Below, one piece after another: positions 1-10,370 of a stretch of 64,000 nt of DNA. Numbering within the stretch: position 1 is the stretch's first letter; each line of letters begins with the position of its first letter. The notes under the pieces are model-generated. The model ran no database searches and was not told the DNA's origin. It was given only the letters and a program-made list of their open reading frames with translations. The position numbers and the translations under genes were made by a program. The stretch lies in IMG/VR virus record IMGVR_UViG_3300042922_000643, positions 124,001 to 188,000 of that record. One strand, 5' to 3'.

Positions 1-2340
1 GACTTCCTCTTCTAGAATCTTAAGCGTTCGAACAAAGACGCGATTGTCAGGGACAATAATATCCTTCTGTTTTACACTGTTATAAATAACATCTATCTGG
101 TAAGGCTGAGCGGATACGATAGCTGCTGGATCGATTCTTGGGAGAATAATCCTAGCAGGAATAATAATTGTCTTTCCAATAGCGACTGGAGTGGTTAAAT
201 CCCCATTTGCAGATCGCAAATCGTATTCATCGACTTGGAATAATGCAGCGATGCTTTCGTAGGTATCTCCGTTTTTTGTAACATACTTCATCTCGACAGA
301 GTCTCCCGATTCTGGGGTGACGTGGGTTCGAATATAGTCACCACGAAGATCGTTAAGATTAACTGTGCCTGAATAGATTTTTTCTTCGGAAACCCAATCT
401 ACAAGGCCCCAAGTCGAATCTATAGAAACGAGTACAATTACCTTATCACTGAAAGTATTTGGGTTCCCGTTAATGATTTTATTATGGGCAGAAATTTCTG
501 TAACATTTGTTTTCGGTGTATTGATCTGTTCTGAACTCCAATACATGATAACATTATTATTAACCGTACCATTGTTGGGAGCTCCTGTCTCAGGATTGTA
601 CCATCCAGACATGAGGAAGTATCGATATTCTTTGGTATCATCCAGGGATGGTGTGAAAGAAGGAAGAAGTTCCATCTCGTCACCTTGGTTGATTACAACA
701 GAGCCACCGCCATACTGGAAATGTTTAAAGACACCTGTTGTGGTTGCGTCTTTCGGCGTTGTATCTACGTTAATTCTAGCCCAAATCCTATCGTTACGAG
801 AACTGGTATAGTTTGGACGCGAGATAGATGGAGGCAAATTGTTAGTACTCTCTAGATAAAGAACGATATCTCTTGGACGCTCGGTTCTATCTTCAAGATA
901 ATACAGAGGGGTTGTCGCTTCCGCTGGAGCTGTGAAGCTTAGTGTGCTCATATCAAGAATCATTTGTTCTCCTGTATTTAAATTATCTACAGCAGAGAAC
1001 TTGTATTTGTCTATGGATTTTCGTTCTTCATAGATTAAATTTGAAGTCAGCTGAATCGAGTCAACAACTGGCGTCGCCTTATCTACCCGTTTACTTAGGG
1101 AGATCTTAATCCGATAAGGCTTGTTTGCTACACGGCGACCAATCAAACTTCGATCTGATATATATTTGGGTTGATCAAGAGAAAGTAGCACGTTGTCTTG
1201 TTCATCAAGAAATTCATAAAGAATACGAACGCTCGATTCATCCAGAGGCATATAAGAAGTGTCATCCCAGCTTTCCCAATGGTCAATACGCAGATTAGGG
1301 TTTACGCTGGCGGGGTTAATTAAAGAGGTAATGATATACCCTTCATTAAATCCTTCCTTGATGCGTAGTCGATGTGTTGACTTTTTGTATGGAGCACTCA
1401 TTGCTGAATAGACCGTACTTGATGTTGTAGCCGCAGACCGACTACGTATAGTCAAGTTGGTTCCTGTTGGAACTGTAGATGTCCAGTCGATAGAAACTGT
1501 TTCTTTAAACGTGGTTCCTGTCGGGGTTGCGACATCAATCATGTTGATAGTCCCCGTCCAGCTACCATCTTCAGTACGATTGCTGGTGTCTCCAGCGTAT
1601 ACATCAAGTTCTTCTACGATTGGCGATTTATCATTATCAGAAGAAGCAAGCCATAGTCTGATCTTTACGTGATCCTTACCAGCATAGTTGGGAGAAGTAG
1701 CTGTTAGAGTATAGGCATCAGTACGTCCTGATATAGCTGTTTTTGTAAGTGGGATTTTAACATAAGAAGTATACGTTCCACCACTACCTGTTTTTGCTTG
1801 AATCTCAAGAGTAAACGCGCAGACCCGAGCTTGAATAGAACGAAGCTGCAAAGTCTTATTCGCTGCGTTATCACTTCCCAAGGAGATCTCAACAACCTGA
1901 TTGCCATAAGCCAACTCGTCAATTACATACTGCTTGTTAGTGATAGATACGCTCACACTTGAAAATGTGTAGTTAGTAATCACACTTGCTGTTCCAGGCT
2001 CAGTGGTCGTTACCTTCACCGTTACGTCTGTGCCATCAGGTCTTCCAATATAGTTAATGATCACTCGATCACACGTTGCTGTAAAGGTTAATTTCGCGGA
2101 CGGCGTGTCGTCGTAGATGGCTGTAGAGGTTCCGTTGACACGCCAGTTTCCATTTGTACGCACAATTTCTGTAGAGGTATAACCATAGGTTGCATCAGGT
2201 AGTACCGCGGTTAGACTTGTCGTACAGGTGGCTTTCAGGGTTTCTTCTGTTAAGATATCTGAAGTCTCGTATGTACCTGAGAACGCGTTTGTATTTCCAT
2301 AATAGGACGTTCCGTAGAAATTCTTTTGATACTGTGCCAT
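1..2340 (-). CDS. Large virion (baseplate/fibre) protein with a LysM domain; runs off the left edge (>780 aa)
   Basis: Not in the ORF track. ATG at 2340 after GGAGGTG RBS; I read the frame open to position 1 (MAQYQKNFYGTSYYG...EEEV). Thr/Ser-rich beta-type sequence; LysM-like KYVTKNGDTYESIAALFQVDEYDLRSANG...IGKTIIIP at about 150-285. Confidence 0.75.
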   Translation of the reverse strand, partial: MAQYQKNFYGTSYYGNTNAFSGTYETSDILTEETLKATCTTSLTAVLPDATYGYTSTEIVRTNGNWRVNGTSTAIYDDTPSAKLTFTATCDRVIINYIGRPDGTDVTVKVTTTEPGTASVITNYTFSSVSVSITNKQYVIDELAYGNQVVEISLGSDNAANKTLQLRSIQARVCAFTLEIQAKTGSGGTYTSYVKIPLTKTAISGRTDAYTLTATSPNYAGKDHVKIRLWLASSDNDKSPIVEELDVYAGDTSNRTEDGSWTGTINMIDVATPTGTTFKETVSIDWTSTVPTGTNLTIRSRSAATTSSTVYSAMSAPYKKSTHRLRIKEGFNEGYIITSLINPASVNPNLRIDHWESWDDTSYMPLDESSVRILYEFLDEQDNVLLSLDQPKYISDRSLIGRRVANKPYRIKISLSKRVDKATPVVDSIQLTSNLIYEERKSIDKYKFSAVDNLNTGEQMILDMSTLSFTAPAEATTPLYYLEDRTERPRDIVLYLESTNNLPPSISRPNYTSSRNDRIWARINVDTTPKDATTTGVFKHFQYGGGSVVINQGDEMELLPSFTPSLDDTKEYRYFLMSGWYNPETGAPNNGTVNNNVIMYWSSEQINTPKTNVTEISAHNKIINGNPNTFSDKVIVLVSIDSTWGLVDWVSEEKIYSGTVNLNDLRGDYIRTHVTPESGDSVEMKYVTKNGDTYESIAALFQVDEYDLRSANGDLTTPVAIGKTIIIPARIILPRIDPAAIVSAQPYQIDVIYNSVKQKDIIVPDNRVFVRTLKILEEEV

Positions 2341-2353
2341 TCTGCTTCACCTC

Positions 2354-2920
2354 CTATTGGATATTCATGTAACGTTTAAGTACCAATTTTGCTTGATCAG
2401 GTTTGCTTAGGGCATTGTAGCATGACGCCAGATTGCTCGCTGCTTTCCCCGTGTTGACATGCTTTCTTCCTACCAGATTTAGATACGAGATGTAGCTTTG
2501 AGCGGCTAACGCAACCTCCTGCTTCGTCTGATAGGCAAGTCCAAGCTCTAGATGGATCTCAGCACCATAGCTGTTTTCTGGATACTTTGTTTTCAGCTGG
2601 GTTAAGTCGTTAATGTATCGATCTACATCACCAGAGAATTTGTGGAGCAGAGCCAGGTCATAATAGACCTGTGCCCCATACTCCGCATCCTCTCCAAAAG
2701 TCTCAATCATCGCTGTAGATATGTTGCGACATTCTACGCCATCTTCCATCACTACATCTAGTTTGGATTTATATGCTTTATATAGAAGATCTCTGCATTC
2801 TTGATTTAGCCTCGCTTCAGTAATAACTAGCTCATACTTTGCTCTGGCTTTATCCAACTTACGCTGTTGCACGAAACTATTTCCAAGCTCATAATGAGCG
2901 GTAAGTTCCTCGCGTGTCAT
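2354..2920 (-). CDS. Tetratricopeptide-repeat protein
   Basis: Repeated TPR patterns (AHYELGNSF, VYYDLALLH, IHLELGLAY, ASNLASCY). Confidence 0.8.
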   Translation of the reverse strand: MTREELTAHYELGNSFVQQRKLDKARAKYELVITEARLNQECRDLLYKAYKSKLDVVMEDGVECRNISTAMIETFGEDAEYGAQVYYDLALLHKFSGDVDRYINDLTQLKTKYPENSYGAEIHLELGLAYQTKQEVALAAQSYISYLNLVGRKHVNTGKAASNLASCYNALSKPDQAKLVLKRYMNIQ

Positions 2921-2932
2921 GTGAATCCCCCT

Positions 2933-5473
2933 TTAATATTTGATATATGTCTGGTTAGTAGAATAAGTGAAATCCGTTACGTTACCGCCCCAATCAACTG
3001 CTCGAACCCGATACCAGTAACTGCCTTCTCCAGGGCTGTATGTCGTTACACTTGTATCTGCTCCAGAGTAAATCGAGTACCAATACCCATTTGGATTTGG
3101 CTCTGTTGCGTACCAATGCCGCTGCTGAGCTTCAACAATGTAGTATCTAACGCCATAATTCCCTGCCACTCCAGCATTGTACAAATTAAAGTTAACGTTT
3201 CTAGAGTTAGAAAGTCTACCATTTTTATCATACGCACGGTAGTACATATAATGACCTTCTGCGGGTTGATCAAGCAGAACGTATAAGTCTTGTCCTGCGA
3301 CAACTTGATCTGGTGTAAGATATAAATTTGTTGAATACGTTTTACCTTGATATCTTTGCTCATAATAAAGCTGGTAGTAGTAGATATCGTCGTCATCAGA
3401 CACTTTAAGATCTACATTTACCCCAGGAGGGTTGAAGACAGGAGCCGCCCAAGTGAGTCTAATATTAGGATCAACGTTGCTGTTATGTGCGGAAACTACA
3501 CTTAGAGGTTTACCAAAAGCACCTGCTGTGGAAGTGCCCGTTCCATCGTAGGATAGTGTGGGCCCAGAGTTGGAAAGATTTGTAATCAAAGATCTCATCA
3601 ATTTGATACTTGCTGCATTGAAGGTTGGATTCACAAAATCCATAGCAGGAGCTGCTAGTCCTTCTTTTCTGTACAGCTCTGTAAAGATTGCTCTAAGTTC
3701 ATCAAAGTCATTTCGTGAGGGAACAACCTTACCTGTGAACAACCGATCAATTCTGGAGGTCTCAAACCCAGCGTATTTACTCGCTTCATTCTTCAGCTTT
3801 GTTTGAATGTCCAAAAGGAAATCTTTTTTAATGGTAGCCTTCTTTAGTGGAAGACTTCCCCATGTTGGGAAACCTGGATAGCTTGCCAGAATCCGATATG
3901 TGAATCTAGCATTTGTAGAGTAAGCGCCACTTAATCCGTAATTGTCCCAAGTCATAACACTCCATTCATAAGAGGCTCCATTCTCAAGACCTAGTCCTCC
4001 TACATAGAGATACTGTGTCGATCCTGTTACAGTATAAGTTCCCACAGGCACCGTGCTATTTCCAGTCACTTTTGAAAGACGTACTGAAGCACTGCTTTGT
4101 ACATCTCCTTCATCCTGTCCTGTCTGGATAACTGTTTGTTTCACGGGAACGGAAACAATGGCACCCCAGTTACTTCCGAGGTCAAAATGTTCACCACCTG
4201 TAATGTCACAAAGAGCATTGGTTTCTCTATACCATGGGCCTACAACCGTACAACGGATAGAACGATTTCTCATTTCAACAGCAACATCTTCTGCATCATA
4301 AACAGACATGCCATCTCCGTCGTCTCCATCCCAAACGGTATCGTGGAAAGGGGCATCGGTAATCGCAATAATGTGTGCTTGTGCATTCGCATTGAATGGA
4401 AGAGTCAGCGCACCATTTCCATACTTCAATCCTTCAAGTAAAGATTCTTTCCAATCTCCACCGTATTTCCAGCTTATGGAGTCAAAGTTTCGAAGAAGTT
4501 GATTTGGATCTGAAGTGAAATCCCATCGGTCAATACTTTCCCCATTATAAATATCACTGAAAGTGACAATAGCTGCTCTCCAGGTGTAGCCAGCGCCCTG
4601 CATCCTATTGATATGATTAGCGATTTGCTCACGAATAGAATTAGCCATGCCATACATACTTCCTGATACGTCTACAAGATAGACTATATCCGTAGCTCCT
4701 TGAGTGATCTGAGGGATCGTATCTATGAATTTCCAGCGAAGATACATGGAGTCTGCGATCTGCGGACTTACAACGCTATTATAGTTAGGTCCAAGAATTC
4801 GTGGAGACTCTGGCGGAGTAGAGTAGGAGAGCTCTATGTAGGGACCATACTGGCCACTTCCAATATCTCTTGAATTCATATAGAGTCCGCCCTGGTCAAT
4901 ATGGTCATTTGCATATTTCATAATTAGACCATTGTTCAAGGCAGGATTACCATACCATTCATTTACTAGGTTTTTAATGTCAAAGTCCCAGTAATAGCTC
5001 GAAACGGACTGGGTTAAACTAGCAGCAGGGGTAGAGACAAAACTTCCTCCGCCTTGAGACCATCCGTAACCTGAAGCTTTACGCGTATAGAAACTTGCGC
5101 CAGAATACATGTTGTCCCAGTCTTGACCATTACCAAACCCTTCGTCCCAATCTTCTGTCACTTTATGGACTTGGATTGTAGGATTAGAATTAACGGCGAT
5201 ATAGCCTGAGTTCCAGCTACCTGGAGTAGTTCTATATAACGTTGTTTTGAGTTTAGCTGAAGTGATAACAGAACCCGCGGGTAAAGCGGGGAGAGAGAAC
5301 TGCATGAGCGCTCTCCCCTGTTTTGCATAGAATCCAGAATATGCTTTATCAGCCCAATCCCAGTTCCCAATCCACATGCTGCCGAATTTACCTGCTTGAA
5401 ACATCACCCAGTTTGACCAAGTAGGAGTGGATATATGTACATCTTTAAATGCATATAGCTTTACAGTAGGCAC
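2933..5473 (-). CDS. Multidomain fibre/adhesin-like virion protein: DNRLRE-like domain + vWA (MIDAS) + FN3-like domains
   Basis: RALMQFSLPALPAGSVITSAKL...NNGLIMK...GPYIELSY (DNRLRE-like); DIVYLVDVSGSM (DxSxS) with IIAITDAPFH; C-terminal YWYRVRAVDWGGN. Confidence 0.75.
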   Translation of the reverse strand: MPTVKLYAFKDVHISTPTWSNWVMFQAGKFGSMWIGNWDWADKAYSGFYAKQGRALMQFSLPALPAGSVITSAKLKTTLYRTTPGSWNSGYIAVNSNPTIQVHKVTEDWDEGFGNGQDWDNMYSGASFYTRKASGYGWSQGGGSFVSTPAASLTQSVSSYYWDFDIKNLVNEWYGNPALNNGLIMKYANDHIDQGGLYMNSRDIGSGQYGPYIELSYSTPPESPRILGPNYNSVVSPQIADSMYLRWKFIDTIPQITQGATDIVYLVDVSGSMYGMANSIREQIANHINRMQGAGYTWRAAIVTFSDIYNGESIDRWDFTSDPNQLLRNFDSISWKYGGDWKESLLEGLKYGNGALTLPFNANAQAHIIAITDAPFHDTVWDGDDGDGMSVYDAEDVAVEMRNRSIRCTVVGPWYRETNALCDITGGEHFDLGSNWGAIVSVPVKQTVIQTGQDEGDVQSSASVRLSKVTGNSTVPVGTYTVTGSTQYLYVGGLGLENGASYEWSVMTWDNYGLSGAYSTNARFTYRILASYPGFPTWGSLPLKKATIKKDFLLDIQTKLKNEASKYAGFETSRIDRLFTGKVVPSRNDFDELRAIFTELYRKEGLAAPAMDFVNPTFNAASIKLMRSLITNLSNSGPTLSYDGTGTSTAGAFGKPLSVVSAHNSNVDPNIRLTWAAPVFNPPGVNVDLKVSDDDDIYYYQLYYEQRYQGKTYSTNLYLTPDQVVAGQDLYVLLDQPAEGHYMYYRAYDKNGRLSNSRNVNFNLYNAGVAGNYGVRYYIVEAQQRHWYATEPNPNGYWYSIYSGADTSVTTYSPGEGSYWYRVRAVDWGGNVTDFTYSTNQTYIKY

Positions 5474-5486
5474 TTATATCTCCTCC

Positions 5487-6509
5487 TTATCTATCGTAAA
5501 TTGCTGGGTGAGTTGGCATGATCCAGGCACAATCAAAATCAACATTGATATTGTTCGATGTTGCTGGCTTCCAAACATGCATATGGGTATCTTTAGCTGC
5601 AACATTACTTCCATGTTCAAAGGTCAGATAGAATGTCTGCCATTGATTTGCTGCGTCAAAATCAGTTCCTTTGATATAGAGGTAATTCTGTAGAACCCAT
5701 CCCGTATTAAACATATCATGCATACGAAGATGAAGAACTTCTTCACTTACACGGCTGCTGACCCGAGCACGTACCGCTAACACATAGGTACCATACAGAA
5801 AGTTTTGTACGCTATGATGGAGATATCGTACTTGGACCGTACCTGCTCCACGAGCTGCCTTATTAATTAACGTAGTATAATCTGTAATTTGAGTTCCTTC
5901 GATAGAGTCTGTCGCATCCCACTCTCGGAATAAACGAGAAGCAAGTCTACCTTGAACTTCAAGATCTTTTCGAATAGTCCCGCCCTGACTAATAGAAAGC
6001 TTGTCATTAATCACTTCAGGAAGTTTACGGGCATCTGTACTAGAGAGGAATAGATCAGCGCCTGTGATTCCGCTAGAAGCATCGAAGCTAAGTTTCGACT
6101 TAGGCAAAGTTCCTTGAACCTCGGTGGACAAACTGATTTGAGAAGGATGTCCCAAAGCTCCTGTATGGCTATGCCCTACTAGAGTCTGAGTATTAATCCA
6201 GCCCGATCCACCGTATCGAGAATCATAATCTTTACCCTCTAAGAGTTTAATTCGATTAGCGACAGAGCTTCGGTCTACATTGTCTTTATCATACATTGGT
6301 TTGATACCTAGCGCACGTTGAAGCGCCATGACTGCATCTTCTAGAGCATTAACATGCTCCGCAAGTGCATAGTCTTTAAGATTCTCAAATCCCTTCATGT
6401 TCAAGTTGTTAACCCGAGTATCAATATTATCAGGATACTGAGTCATATTAAGGTCCGTATATATCGTTTTACCAACGATAGGATTCGCTTCACTCCGTGC
6501 CACTTGCAA
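5487..6509 (-). CDS. Tail fibre/baseplate-associated protein
   Basis: 340-aa ORF in baseplate block; N-terminal YPDNID...AEHVNALEDAVMALQRALG pattern typical of fibre N-termini; beta-rich C-terminus. Confidence 0.5.
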   Translation of the reverse strand: MQVARSEANPIVGKTIYTDLNMTQYPDNIDTRVNNLNMKGFENLKDYALAEHVNALEDAVMALQRALGIKPMYDKDNVDRSSVANRIKLLEGKDYDSRYGGSGWINTQTLVGHSHTGALGHPSQISLSTEVQGTLPKSKLSFDASSGITGADLFLSSTDARKLPEVINDKLSISQGGTIRKDLEVQGRLASRLFREWDATDSIEGTQITDYTTLINKAARGAGTVQVRYLHHSVQNFLYGTYVLAVRARVSSRVSEEVLHLRMHDMFNTGWVLQNYLYIKGTDFDAANQWQTFYLTFEHGSNVAAKDTHMHVWKPATSNNINVDFDCAWIMPTHPAIYDR

Positions 6510-6516
6510 TCACTCC

Positions 6517-8103
6517 TTATATTTTAGGTTGCACCAGCCGAATAGATCCGTCTGTCGTAATAATCGTATTCGCAAGACTGCCTTTGTTCCAGTCACCTTC
6601 CGTATTGATAACATGGTAGAAATCACCGAAACCTAATTCAACCGATCCTCCGACATTCGTAATAACATTCTGTTTCAAAGTCGTTAGCGTTGAGTCGTTA
6701 CGGTCAAAATCTACTTGTGTATCCATGATGAAGTTGTGCAAACCATTTGCAGTATCTCTCCATACAACTGTTAAGCTATCAAGTGTAGGTGTTTCTGTCT
6801 TGCTGCTAGTCTCCATAAAAGCTTCAATCTGAAGTAGAGGGTGAGCTTTGGGCGTTAAAATCTCTGTTCCTTCTACAACTTCTAATTGATTCCCTGTATC
6901 ATATCTGTATCCTGTTAACGAGGAAAAATCAATCGTTGTGAGGTAATTATATTGCTGGAATGCTCGCACAATGAAATAAACATAAATAATCTCTGAAGCT
7001 ACCACTGTGTACTTGTAACTTTCAGGGCGGCTTTCTTGATTCAAGATGCTGCCTCTTGCTGTAATCTTGTATTTAAAAGAGTGCTCAGGATAAACCATTG
7101 CTCCGCTTTTACGAACACCTCGTAATCCAACTAAATATGTATAGTCACGAGTATTACTCTCTTCTTTTGGTGCCGTTACCAGAAGATCATTTTCGTCGCC
7201 GATACCGCTCTGGATCTGATCATCATTCCATCCATCCATAGATACATCCCATACATGTGGGAGATAATCAAAACCAACATTTGCCTCTGATACGGAATGC
7301 CAGTAAGCTTCGTCCCAAGACATATTGTCCCAAGAGAAGCCTAGAAGTTTGTTGATCTTATCAGCGTAAGAAACCAGTTTAGCCGTAGGACTTCCATCCT
7401 CGTTTAGCAAGGTATCCTTAAAGGCAATGTTTGAAAGCTCGTTAATAACAACTGACTCTTTACTAACACCTAGCTCACGGCTCAGAGCATTAACCAAGCC
7501 TTGCTTTGTAGAGTTGCCAGGGTTTTTAAAGATATCAAGAATTCGATTTTTAAAAGCGCCATTACGTTCTCCATAGAGCCGATAAATGCCGAGTAGTAAA
7601 CCAAACTCATCAAAGGCATTCCAGATGGCATGAAGTATCATATCGTAATGAGATGCTTGATTGATCGTAAGGTAATCATACGGCTGGTTAATATTTGCAT
7701 CGATATAGCTTGAAGGTGGACGTACATAAATGATCCCATCTGTACGATCTACAATCGCAACGTGCTCATCTGGACCTGCGGAATAAAATTCCTGCAATGT
7801 AGAAACGATCTGAACCCTGTAAGAGGAACCATCCTTATAGGCGATTACGTTATCAATATCCTGTGTGTCCAAAATAATAGGCAGCGCGAGCGGGACCTTA
7901 TATGAAATATCAATCTGGGAAAGGTCCGCACTGCCAATAAATTGGTTCTGAGAAAGAAGCTCTAAATAATCCATAACATCTTCGAATTCTAGCCCGAAGA
8001 CATTGAGAAACTGAGCGCCCACTGACTCCGTATCTTTAGCTATTTTCATCCATTGCGGAAGCATAGCCTGCAATTGTTTTGTGTAAATACTGAATTGATC
8101 CAC
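6517..8103 (-). CDS. Baseplate wedge-type protein
   Basis: Follows the J-like gene; DEFGLLLGIYRLYGERN...FKNRILD motif typical of wedge proteins. Confidence 0.55.
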   Translation of the reverse strand: MDQFSIYTKQLQAMLPQWMKIAKDTESVGAQFLNVFGLEFEDVMDYLELLSQNQFIGSADLSQIDISYKVPLALPIILDTQDIDNVIAYKDGSSYRVQIVSTLQEFYSAGPDEHVAIVDRTDGIIYVRPPSSYIDANINQPYDYLTINQASHYDMILHAIWNAFDEFGLLLGIYRLYGERNGAFKNRILDIFKNPGNSTKQGLVNALSRELGVSKESVVINELSNIAFKDTLLNEDGSPTAKLVSYADKINKLLGFSWDNMSWDEAYWHSVSEANVGFDYLPHVWDVSMDGWNDDQIQSGIGDENDLLVTAPKEESNTRDYTYLVGLRGVRKSGAMVYPEHSFKYKITARGSILNQESRPESYKYTVVASEIIYVYFIVRAFQQYNYLTTIDFSSLTGYRYDTGNQLEVVEGTEILTPKAHPLLQIEAFMETSSKTETPTLDSLTVVWRDTANGLHNFIMDTQVDFDRNDSTLTTLKQNVITNVGGSVELGFGDFYHVINTEGDWNKGSLANTIITTDGSIRLVQPKI

Positions 8104-8115
8104 GTTCTATCCCCC

Positions 8116-8919
8116 TTACGCGACTTCCAATGTGCCAATCACAATCCGTTCGTACCAATCGGCTTCAATGTTTTTAATGAACTGAGCTATTCCGTCTGTC
8201 TTGAAGTTCAAGACACTAACGTCAGTGATCTTTGTGCTCGTGTTCATAGCAGCTTTAATTGCTTCATTCATAATAAAGCTACCTCCAACTTCAATTCCGT
8301 CCATATAGGCTTTTACACTCTGTGTGGCTGCCTGTCGTATCGTAGCTTTTTCTGCATCAGAGACCTTGTCGCTGAAAACGAGTCTAACCTTTAAGTCTGT
8401 CAAAATCAACGTTGGCGTCTTGATCTCGGCTAGAATGCCATACGCCTTGGAAGCCTCGACAACGTCCTCAACCTCATTGAGAATTGCCGAAGAGGTAACT
8501 GGATCATCTGTGACTACATACAACGTAAACGACCCAGTGCCGTTTGTAAATTCCCTAGTGATAATATTTTTTACGCCGTTTACTGAAAGGGCCTTTAAGC
8601 GAATTGATGTGTAGTTTGCGCCTTGAATAACGTAAACTTGATTAACGATACGAGACCTGTAGTTCGCATCGGTCTCACCAGAAACCCGAGTACAATTCAG
8701 AAGGGCACCAATAAGATCTAGGAAGTTGCCACCCGCGGTACTAACAAACCCCATCGTGGTGAATAGATCTAGCTCCGTGTAGAACTGATAAAATTCTTCC
8801 GAAAGAACTTCTGAGAATGCCCGCGCGATACTACCTGGGTCCACATCTGTAATATCCGTATTGCTTTTCAATCGGAGAAGTAGTTTATTCAAAATCTCCT
8901 CTTTATTTTTTCTGATCAC
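8116..8919 (-). CDS. Baseplate J-like protein
   Basis: TDVDPGSIARAFSE, ATGG-like STAGGNFLDLIG, GETDANYRSRI, LSVNGVKNI motifs. Confidence 0.85.
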   Translation of the reverse strand: MIRKNKEEILNKLLLRLKSNTDITDVDPGSIARAFSEVLSEEFYQFYTELDLFTTMGFVSTAGGNFLDLIGALLNCTRVSGETDANYRSRIVNQVYVIQGANYTSIRLKALSVNGVKNIITREFTNGTGSFTLYVVTDDPVTSSAILNEVEDVVEASKAYGILAEIKTPTLILTDLKVRLVFSDKVSDAEKATIRQAATQSVKAYMDGIEVGGSFIMNEAIKAAMNTSTKITDVSVLNFKTDGIAQFIKNIEADWYERIVIGTLEVA

Positions 8920-8923
8920 AAGA

Positions 8924-9415
8924 TCACTCCTCTTTTAAACCATGAGTTAGATTGAATGTAATAGGAAGGCGATAAGGTTCGTCATCGTCTAGTAAGATTG
9001 TAATGAAGAAAACAATCTCTTCTTCGCTAATTGGAACAGCTCTTACACTAAGCTGAGTAGCACTAAGGAAACTATGGTAGGTAAGAGACCTAGTGATGTA
9101 CTGTACACCGAGTTCACCTGTCTCTCGTGTATTTGGCTCTCCGATCAAATCCGTTAGGTTTCCTCCCATTCCAGGGTGATGATACCAATCAGGATCGTCA
9201 GTCTTAAGCCTATTGAAGATGACTTGTTTCCGAGCAGCTTTGCCTGCAACATAAGAAAGATCTCGTATCAGCTTTCCTTCTTTTCCTCCACGAACCTTGT
9301 TTGTATCTACAACATCATCATCGTGTAAATATAAGATCTGGTTATTTTCATTCACCTTCGGGGCTCCAAGAGCGATGTCTCCATCTTCTGTAAAGCTCCA
9401 GTCCATCTTAGCCAT
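8924..9415 (-). CDS. gp25/GpW-like baseplate sheath initiator
   Basis: RLKTDDPDWYHHPGMGGNLTDLIGEP pattern, directly upstream of baseplate J. Confidence 0.7.
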   Translation of the reverse strand: MAKMDWSFTEDGDIALGAPKVNENNQILYLHDDDVVDTNKVRGGKEGKLIRDLSYVAGKAARKQVIFNRLKTDDPDWYHHPGMGGNLTDLIGEPNTRETGELGVQYITRSLTYHSFLSATQLSVRAVPISEEEIVFFITILLDDDEPYRLPITFNLTHGLKEE

Positions 9416-9426
9416 AATTCTCCTCC

Positions 9427-10002
9427 TTACTCTGTAGGTAACCCTAGGGATTTCATAATCTGAATCATGCTATCGCTATATCTTGTTTTAGATGTGTTCT
9501 TTACCATTGAAGGAATTGACCACTCTCGGCGCTCCCAATGCCAGCCTTGTTCCTCATCATGAACCCAATAATTCTTTGTTCCTGATAAATATTGTTCTTT
9601 CTCCGTACTAGATTCAGCATAGAGTGAAGGATTCATCTGGTACTTATTCCAAGTGAGACCTGTTGGCTTTGTAACAATATTCATGTTCTTGGAAAAGAAG
9701 TTGAGTTGGTCTCCGAAGAAATTAATAGACTGCGTTTTAGGATCTACACGAATACCTAGGGTAGGAGAAGCGAATATATCAATATAGCCCTCATCCGTAA
9801 GCTTAATCATAGAGTCTAACGTCGGATGCTTTAAAGCAACCTCGTCTTCTTTTATAAGGTAATCTTTATCGTTCTCATCTGCAATATCTTTCACACCTTT
9901 TGCCATCTTTAGCGCAAGGTATCTCTGCTTCCAGTAGGGTAAATCAAGTTCAGTATCGTTTGTATCATTATTCGGATGGTCTGCCATAATGTTCACCCCC
10001 AT
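9427..10002 (-). CDS. Baseplate/spike-associated hypothetical protein
   Basis: 191-aa ORF in baseplate block; position only. Confidence 0.4.
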   Translation of the reverse strand: MGVNIMADHPNNDTNDTELDLPYWKQRYLALKMAKGVKDIADENDKDYLIKEDEVALKHPTLDSMIKLTDEGYIDIFASPTLGIRVDPKTQSINFFGDQLNFFSKNMNIVTKPTGLTWNKYQMNPSLYAESSTEKEQYLSGTKNYWVHDEEQGWHWERREWSIPSMVKNTSKTRYSDSMIQIMKSLGLPTE

Positions 10003-10358
10003 ATACCATAGGTAATTCCTTTAGGAATCCCCGCGGCACCCTTTGCGTAATAGTCTCTACGAGTGGATTCATTGTTGTAGATAATTGAGATATATGGATT
10101 GAAGTCACTTCCATTAATAAAACCAAGTTTTACACGCTGTCCAATCTTTGGACTCTGTTTAAATATTCCATTTCCATCTTGCGGCATAGACAACCCAAGA
10201 CTGGTATGGACTCCACCATGACGATCTGCCCATCGAACGTCTAAGGTCTGTTCATGATAGTTCACGGACATGATTTTACCATTAGCTTCATAGGTAATGG
10301 AATCAAGACTAGGCTTAACTACAGTATCATATATAAGCTGCTGAATAGGAGTTGTCAT
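9993..10358 (-). CDS. Baseplate spike OB-fold protein (gpV/gp5 N-terminal-like)
   Basis: GKIMSVNY...LDVRW...PKIGQRVKLGFINGSDFNPYI pattern. Confidence 0.6.
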   Translation of the reverse strand: MTTPIQQLIYDTVVKPSLDSITYEANGKIMSVNYHEQTLDVRWADRHGGVHTSLGLSMPQDGNGIFKQSPKIGQRVKLGFINGSDFNPYISIIYNNESTRRDYYAKGAAGIPKGITYGIWG

Positions 10359-10370
10359 TTCATCTCCTCC

